Assembly (NCBI GenBank): GCA_946965045.2
Contig: OX337229.1
Location: forward strand, 1,736,001-1,800,000
Direction of reading: 5' to 3'
DNA length: 64,000 nt
From: Epithemia pelagica
Lineage: Eukaryota > Protista > Bacillariophyta
The first letter of the stretch is position 1, and every line of letters begins with the position of its first letter. The notes under the pieces were generated by a model, which did no database searches, was not told the origin of the DNA, and saw only the letters and a program-made list of their open reading frames with translations. Made by a program: the position numbers and the translations under genes. Shown piece after piece: positions 59,101 to 64,000 of this stretch.

Positions 59101-59474
59101 GCCTTGGTGAGGTTCAACCAGGTAGAGCGAGGTAAATCAGACTGCTGCAGGGTTGAGGTTTGTTCTCGTGACCAATGTGCTAGGATCTTCAGTTGATGCC
59201 TTGTAAATGTCTTCAGATCCATCGTCTTGTTCCCATACTTGTATTGTCCAAGGTCCTTGATATTCTTTTCTGGATTGACTGCAAGATAGTCGATGACATT
59301 CAGAATGTGTTCGAAACCACTATGTTTTATCCATTGATGAAGGGCTTGAGCTCGTTCTTCATCACATTCAAATAGATGCTGGGTGATATGATTGAACACT
59401 TGTGTATCTGATATGTCAGGCGGTACTGAGTCGTCAGAAGGAAGAGAAGGTGTCTTGGGGTATGTTGGATCCAT
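56103..59474 (-). CDS. 1123-aa internally deleted Gag-Pol-derived protein of element B, lacking catalytic motifs
   Basis: Collinear blocks of homology to element A (LAKREVLRL.NYISNLRLDD, VVCNLNLLLDLPYDHGPD, LVDWETGE, KADP..WM.KAPGE) with no DRG, no IN D,D, no YVDD and no RNase H. Confidence 0.8.
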   Translation of the reverse strand: MDPTYPKTPSLPSDDSVPPDISDTQVFNHITQHLFECDEERAQALHQWIKHSGFEHILNVIDYLAVNPEKNIKDLGQYKYGNKTMDLKTFTRHQLKILAHWSREQTSTLQQSDLPRSTWLNLTKANYDHWRINADFTKLRLNQGCISSFRLAKREVLRLNNYISNLRLDDSWHGTTDQFLLHFQHQFHLLDNLGSMFDHIPGHSTRMTFLMKAVEKVPDLRQVNILSGAKTLCYQSYFRLLLDAAYDHDQATRAPKSNRLKHTKQCDFQYDQDFDIKDLSPKEKHRMIKRTNVKTKKSSSLRPKISLPRDLWSKLNDNSRQVIIAYNKSTQNPSSTTACMEQTHTLDIDPEPDPDPGRAWIDDMIQDDSQDHQDNFFDLITRLVPQVVTNIDVNHPTSDLANLVSNIKATSIPNDCLENNNCKQKVEISRNLLSRMSTFSGDNQLTGYNHWYLDPMQDTAPSSRTVENDGNNPNDAFGKYTNRVVCNLNLLLDLPYDHGPDTPSFFTLLLGEYCSKPYLQDQNMAENRYHTVKRTTYVVTVSGHIPLEILNGRPPGITHPLFFLIWDKAPYFTESYALSHRPYRPYPPSFVTTLGSWLVFAPPIGDTLSLDTQTLCYSAILHDAPTPPSNLCVDTSSGEESLPNKPIFICSKGEDPSTQMPMIKCDNTIGQPFLVYDPEENGEQRQPYNGEQPQPCLIRCVIDFEQDALKQEDCIKYTFCKSISDIDKIISYRQHMEYVKQDNQAQETEDDVFQFRDVVADQEPSSISNNPDYKRSHCNILVDWETGEMIYEPPSLMVNDAYAKKHDLLNELGWKHLKRFVKTSKCLVQAAKQQSRIKQVCRSLKYKFGYQVSMTNEELVVLLDKQHGKRKWHNTTEVEIFQASQIQSLTKVKDYVQAQFNRREMINASPEEYHKNKIRIHLVKHDDTRPALLITDEDFTKEPVEAIFLCTTSIHNFHTTTCLGILNDMDIWGAKVGIAHHPEALSGKKILIVARQELKESGHILITHKASKGLKSLGACRRDCFFDIPIDMDLSPTKADPNVWMKKAPGEHSSKGIDKTYQLKNDDYENIQETFSTNIGNSRKYGPCSRSYSSGEETFRSMTRKITILTRRIVGSVRILTFN

Positions 59475-59964
59475 GGTAGTATATGGTTGGTTCGTTGTTT
59501 ATTTAATGTGTGGTGTGATCTGAACCCGGATGTACCACGTGTGTGCCACGTATGTAAGTACCCGGATGTGTGTTGTGCTGGGAACCCGGATGTGCGGAAC
59601 TCGGTTTTGTCTCTGGTTTGTTGTGGAAACTACTTAAAGTTACTTATCCTTGGTCACTTCTGGACTCGTTGCGGTGATCGAGTTGAACCGGGGAGTCAGG
59701 AATAGTGGTAGCTTCCTCGTCTTGCTCGTAGTCCTCAACAAAGTACTGGTCAGGTGAGTATTGGGAAGGTAGTTGCACGGAGTCCTGGTCCAGCTTGAGG
59801 TCCTGGAATAGGAGAGGGTTGGTGACCCTAGCCTCAGCCAGGCTGGCCCTGTTGTTGGGTTGGGTAGTTTTGTCCTCTAACTCTTGTTTGTTGGGGTAGC
59901 TCAATCTGTAATGGGTGTAGATGGGTAAGTAAGGTATCCAATGCAACTGCAGGGCAATGAGCGA

Positions 59965-59978
59965 TGAGACTGTTAATC
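59965..59978 (-). promoter_or_regulatory. Putative PBS of element B (tRNA-Asn anticodon arm)
   Basis: Complement UGAGA-CUGUUAA-UC; identical 14-mer to the PBS of element A. Confidence 0.7.
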
Positions 59979-60735
59979 TAGCAGAACTCTCATTGAGAAT
60001 TCAGAAGGGTAATAGGTAGTTGGGTAAAAGGCTCGCTGAGCCGACAATCGAATCACCAACCGATACAACAATCCTCCACGGTTCAGAGAAGAGTTGCAAG
60101 TCGAAGTCCGCCGTGGGTGGGGGCAGTCGGTCCACTGATAAGAGGTTAGTCTTAAGATGAGTGTTAAAATGGTGATATTAATGATTGTGAGATGATTACT
60201 AACTAAGGTGTTTGATGAAGGTCGAGGTCCTGGCTCCTGTATACGGCCATGGATCTGGTGTGATAGGTCCTCAAATGGTTGGAGTAGACCTGCATTGTTG
60301 TATTGAAAGTATATGCAGTTGTATATCATATACCAATGCCAACAGCCCTTGCTTTGTTGTGATATAGGTAGTTTTCTTGGCGCGTTGTTGATTGCATTCT
60401 TGGAATTGTGGGAATGGAAATATGGTCTCGCGTGATCGTGATTCGTGCTTTGATTACTTAGGTCGTTGAGGTAAGTCGTGGAGGTGCTCACTCGGATCGT
60501 GATTGCGCGCGCTTGAGAATACTGGGCGCGCACGTGATGGGCCATAGTCAATATCCGAGCGGTCGCCGATAGCGCGTGCACTGCGAGCATGCCTTGGCCA
60601 AAATTATAGGTCCGCGAGCATGCCGTCATTCTTTTCTCACTTTTACACAAATGTCATCGGATGCCATAAAATACTAGCATCAGTCGATGTGTTGTAGATT
60701 CCACCATCACCTAGTTAAAGGTGAGAATCCTAACA
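59979..60735 (-). repeat. 5' LTR of element B
   Basis: Direct repeat of 55371-56127; followed on the minus strand by the PBS. Confidence 0.93.
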
Positions 60736-62412
60736 ATGTCCTGCTTGTTTATGCATGTTGGCTTTGAAAGTAACCTTCTTGCTCGTCTTGGATTTGGCAA
60801 TAGAAAGAACACTAGTCAGGTCAGTTGCCGGGTGATGGATATCAGTCGTCATGGCTTGGTTGATAAATTGTGTAACCGGATCTGAATCATCTGGATGCTC
60901 AGGGACTACGCCAGGTGAATCGTCATCAGATGCAACTTGGTTGGGGTCAGGATCAGGTTCCGGATCAATGTCGAGGGCATGTGTTTGCACTTTCCTCGGT
61001 GTTGTTGATGAAGGTGCTTGAATCATCTTGTTATACTCAATGATCAACTTGCGATCTTCTTCAGAAAGTTTGAACCATAGGTCACGCGGTAGACTAACCT
61101 TGGGCGAAGAGGATGGAGATTCAGATGTCACTTTGGTGTTGTGGACATGATACTCCATATCATCTTGTGAGGTTATGTCAGCATCTGTATCTTGGCCATA
61201 TAGTGATTCATGTTGTTTGACATGTCGACGGCGACTTTGAACAGATGACTGGGTTGCTTGATCATGGTCATAAGCTGCGTCTAGAAGGAGACGGAAGTAT
61301 GATTGATAGCAAAGGGATTTTGCACCGGATTTGGTGTTCACCACATTATCCAAGATCTTGACTCGGCGGAGATCAGGTACCTTTTCTACAGCTTGCATGA
61401 GGAAGGTCATCCTGGTATGATCAGGGATGCGATCAGACAATGTCACTAGATTGTCTAGCAAACGGAGCTGCTCTTGAAAGTGTAGAAGAAATTGACGTGT
61501 TGTTCCGCGCCATGTGTCGTCAAGACGTAGATTGGAAATGTAGTTGGTTAAACGGAGGACTTCTCGTTTTGCTAGGTCGGATTCGGTATGCAAAGAGTGT
61601 AACTTCTGCAATACGGCACGCGCATCTTCATCATGTTCATGTTCACGTACATAGGCTCGACCTTGGTCAGTCTGAATGATACGGACAAGAGCGGAGTAAA
61701 GAAATACTTGTTGCTCTTGAAAAAGTTCTTCGGCATACTCATCATCATGGGGTGGTGTGTATTTGAAATTCAGAACGTTGGATAGGCCTTGAGCCTTAGC
61801 TGTAGTCTTGAATACACGCCAGAATGAATCGTAGTATCGTTCATCCTTGAATACCTCATATGCAGTTGCGTCGCGCTTAGTTCCCTTTCTGAATGCTGTA
61901 AGGTCTTGTTGAGATTGGGATGCGGCAGTAACTGTGCTGACAGATTTCACAGATGACGGTGACTTCATTGGCGAGACTGGAACTTGGCTAGGTGGTCCCT
62001 TAGAGAAATCTGTGTTGATCCTCCAAGTGTTGAACTCTTTCCTCGTTAGGTTCATCCAGTCGCTATTGGATAGCTCGTCTTGAATTTCATTGGTCTTGTA
62101 TATGGCCCAATAAGCCAAGAGCTTGATCTGCTGTCTTGTGGGGCCTTGTAGATCATGTGTCTGTTTGTTGACCTTGTATTGTGTCAGTTCGTTCATGGAT
62201 TCCTCGGTATTAGTTTGCATATACGAGATAACATGGGTAATGTTCTCAAAACCATGGTATTTCATCCACTTCATTAAGTATTCGGCCCTTTCCTTGGTAA
62301 AGAATTGGCAGACAGTAAATATGATGTGGTCGAATAGGTCTGTGTTCGAGACATTGTCTTGGTTATCTTCTCCCTTAGGAGTCGTAGGTGTCTTGGGTGA
62401 TTGAGGATCCAT
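60736..62412 (-). CDS. gag: Gag portion of the element A polyprotein
   Basis: AFRKGTKRDATAYEVFKDERYYDSF..., IIQTDQGRAYVREHE; joins pol in frame once element B is removed. Confidence 0.9.
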
Positions 62413-62732
62413 GGTGTTATTTGGTTGGTTCGATGTTTATTTAATGTGCGGTGTGATGTGGTTTATTTAATGTGTGATGTGATGTGAACCCGGATGTACC
62501 ACGTGTGCCACGTATGTACCACGTATGTGATACCCGGATGTGTGTTGTGATGTGCGACTCCTGGAAATTTCCGTTGATTCCGACAAATTTTCGCCGAGTT
62601 TCAACAAATTTTCGCCGAATTTTCGCGATTTGACGGGAATGTGTGGCGTGTTGTGCGACCAAGGGTACCCGGATGTGCGTTGAGTTTAAGTCTTGGAAAG
62701 GTTTTGAGAGGACGGGTGTTAACTATGAGTAA

Positions 62733-63512
62733 TTAAGCTTCGGTCTCCGAATCTCCACTCTCTTCCGAATAATCAGAGTCGTTTCCAGGCTCAGATGGGG
62801 CAGCACAAGCAACAGAAGAAGGGGTATCACCTTCAGCCAAGTGGTTCTCGACCTCGGTACGCAAAGGGAAGATAGTTGCACGATGGTCCTCGATGGTATG
62901 GACCTCGTGGATGTAGGCAACGTAGTTATCTAGGCGTACAACGTTAGGAGGCAGAGGGCAAGTCGTCGCGTTCACGACGTAGATGGTATTGTAGTATCCA
63001 GTTGGGCGCTCGAAGGTTAGGAAGCGGAGGTGGACAGTACGGATGGGGTTGCCCGAGAGGGCGGCCAAGATGAGGCGACGCCTCGGAGAACGATGAAGTT
63101 GGTCGTTCAGACGTTCAATGTCTTCTTGGTCGACGATGTGGGTCACCGATTGGAACTGGCGTTCGATCTGGGTCTCCCCACGGATGATCTCGGGATCGAA
63201 GGTCAAAGAAGTTGGTTGACGGAAGTACTTGATATGATCAGCAATCAACCGGGTGGTACGACGGGATCGAGAAGGGACGAGCCGACGAGGCGGACTCGGG
63301 AGCCGAAGCAACGGCGCAGGGATCGGAGCGTGAGGCTGGGTTGGAGTCTCGAATGGGTTGCTGTTGGAACTGTCGACGGAGATGTTGACCGATGTGTTGG
63401 CTGCCTTCGGCGTTGGCACCAGTTCCTGCTGCACCAGGGTATCGGGCTGCCCGGGATGCAGGTTGGCTCGATAGATCTGTCGTACAGGAGTGATAAGCTC
63501 GTTAGTATCCAT
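62733..63512 (-). CDS. Extra 259-aa ORF (ORF0) between PBS and gag of element A, unknown function
   Basis: ATG 23 bp downstream of the PBS core; Pro/Arg-rich middle and acidic tail; no family recognised. Confidence 0.55.
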   Translation of the reverse strand: MDTNELITPVRQIYRANLHPGQPDTLVQQELVPTPKAANTSVNISVDSSNSNPFETPTQPHAPIPAPLLRLPSPPRRLVPSRSRRTTRLIADHIKYFRQPTSLTFDPEIIRGETQIERQFQSVTHIVDQEDIERLNDQLHRSPRRRLILAALSGNPIRTVHLRFLTFERPTGYYNTIYVVNATTCPLPPNVVRLDNYVAYIHEVHTIEDHRATIFPLRTEVENHLAEGDTPSSVACAAPSEPGNDSDYSEESGDSETEA

Positions 63513-63534
63513 GAAACCACAAGGAAATAAGCTT

Positions 63535-63548
63535 TGAGACTGTTAATC
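63535..63548 (-). promoter_or_regulatory. Putative PBS of element A (tRNA-Asn anticodon arm)
   Basis: GATTAACAGTCTCA directly follows the LTR's terminal CA. Confidence 0.7.
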
Positions 63549-64000
63549 TGTTACAATTCTTTCTGAATCGTAGGGACATTGATGCTCGGTAGAGCAGACA
63601 ATCAGGTAGGTCACCAACCGATACAAGCTTCTCAGGGTCAGAGAAGCAAGCAAGTCGTAGTCTATCAAAAGGATAGTCGGGACACAAAAGAAGATGTGAT
63701 AAATGGTGATATTGTTAGATTGTGTGTTGATTACTACGATAGGTCTACGTGAAATGTTCGGTCCTGCCAAGGGTCATGTGTCATAGGTTCTTGGCGGCAA
63801 CAGGTTTGGAATAGTTGGAGTCGATTCATGTGATGTATATGACATGTATATGTGGACGGATAACATATACAGGGTCAACAGCTCTTGCTTTGGGTTGGCA
63901 TAGTTGTTTTCATGGCGCGCAGCTTGTTGACAATTTGGAGATTGTGGGAATGGAAATATGGTCTCGCGTGATCGTGTGTCGTGCTTGGGATACTTAGACC
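63549..64000 (-). repeat. 5' LTR of element A (partial)
   Basis: Matches 50578-51029. Confidence 0.93.

Larger units (their letters stand above)
55371..60735 (-). mobile_element. Non-autonomous copia-derived LTR element B nested in element A
   Basis: 757-bp LTRs at 55371-56127 and 59979-60735 with 2 mismatches seen. TSD ATGTC at 55366-55370 and 60736-60740. PBS and PPT cores identical to element A. Confidence 0.93.
50578..64000 (-). mobile_element. Ty1/copia (CoDi-like) element A; 5' LTR truncated by the window end
   Basis: 783-bp LTR at 50578-51360 (TGTTACAATTCT...AGAATTCTAACA). The second LTR starts at 63549 with no difference seen over 452 bp. PPT TTGTGGGGAG; gag-pol with YVDD. Confidence 0.95.

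Noticed and set aside
55371-60735. Apparent age paradox: nested B has 2 LTR mismatches while host A shows none
   Set aside because: 2/757 versus 0/452 visible bases is not a meaningful difference, and mismatches can arise during reverse transcription.
1-64000. Prokaryotic origin or a CRISPR/defence system (sigma-70, uL1 and chelatase look bacterial)
   Set aside because: Several genes have spliceosomal introns, and the bacterial-looking ones carry organelle-targeting peptides. No repeat-spacer array is present; the AAC-rich repeats lack constant repeats with unique spacers.

Overview
This is eukaryotic nuclear DNA with short GT-AG introns and bipartite plastid-targeting peptides, most consistent with a raphid pennate diatom (inference). 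Bases 1-47 kb hold about 12 compactly spaced host genes: a bestrophin-like channel, PET117, a GH16 glucanase, a PCGF-type RING protein, a CHI-fold protein, a histidine acid phosphatase, a ChlH2-type Mg-chelatase H, DUF1295, MARCH6/Doa10, PP6c, uL1m, a plastid sigma factor, and a ~1740-aa PGA-repeat membrane protein. Two elements interrupt this region: a TA-flanked Tc1/mariner transposon (3384-7679) and a defective Ty1/copia element C (17462-23581). Bases 47-64 kb are a three-layer nest. An RNase H-bearing LINE is interrupted by copia element A (50578 to beyond 64000), and A is interrupted at its Gag/protease junction by a related non-autonomous element B (55371-60735, TSD ATGTC). The strongest signals are: (1) all three LTR elements have primer-binding sites matching tRNA anticodon arms ending at position 40, implying half-tRNA priming by tRNA-Asn and tRNA-Ile rather than tRNA-iMet; (2) B has lost every catalytic motif yet keeps one 1123-aa open frame plus an LTR-spanning ORF; (3) A carries an extra ORF upstream of gag; (4) a 10-11 bp cis motif is shared by the two copia families. 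All alignments were done by eye and no database searches were run.
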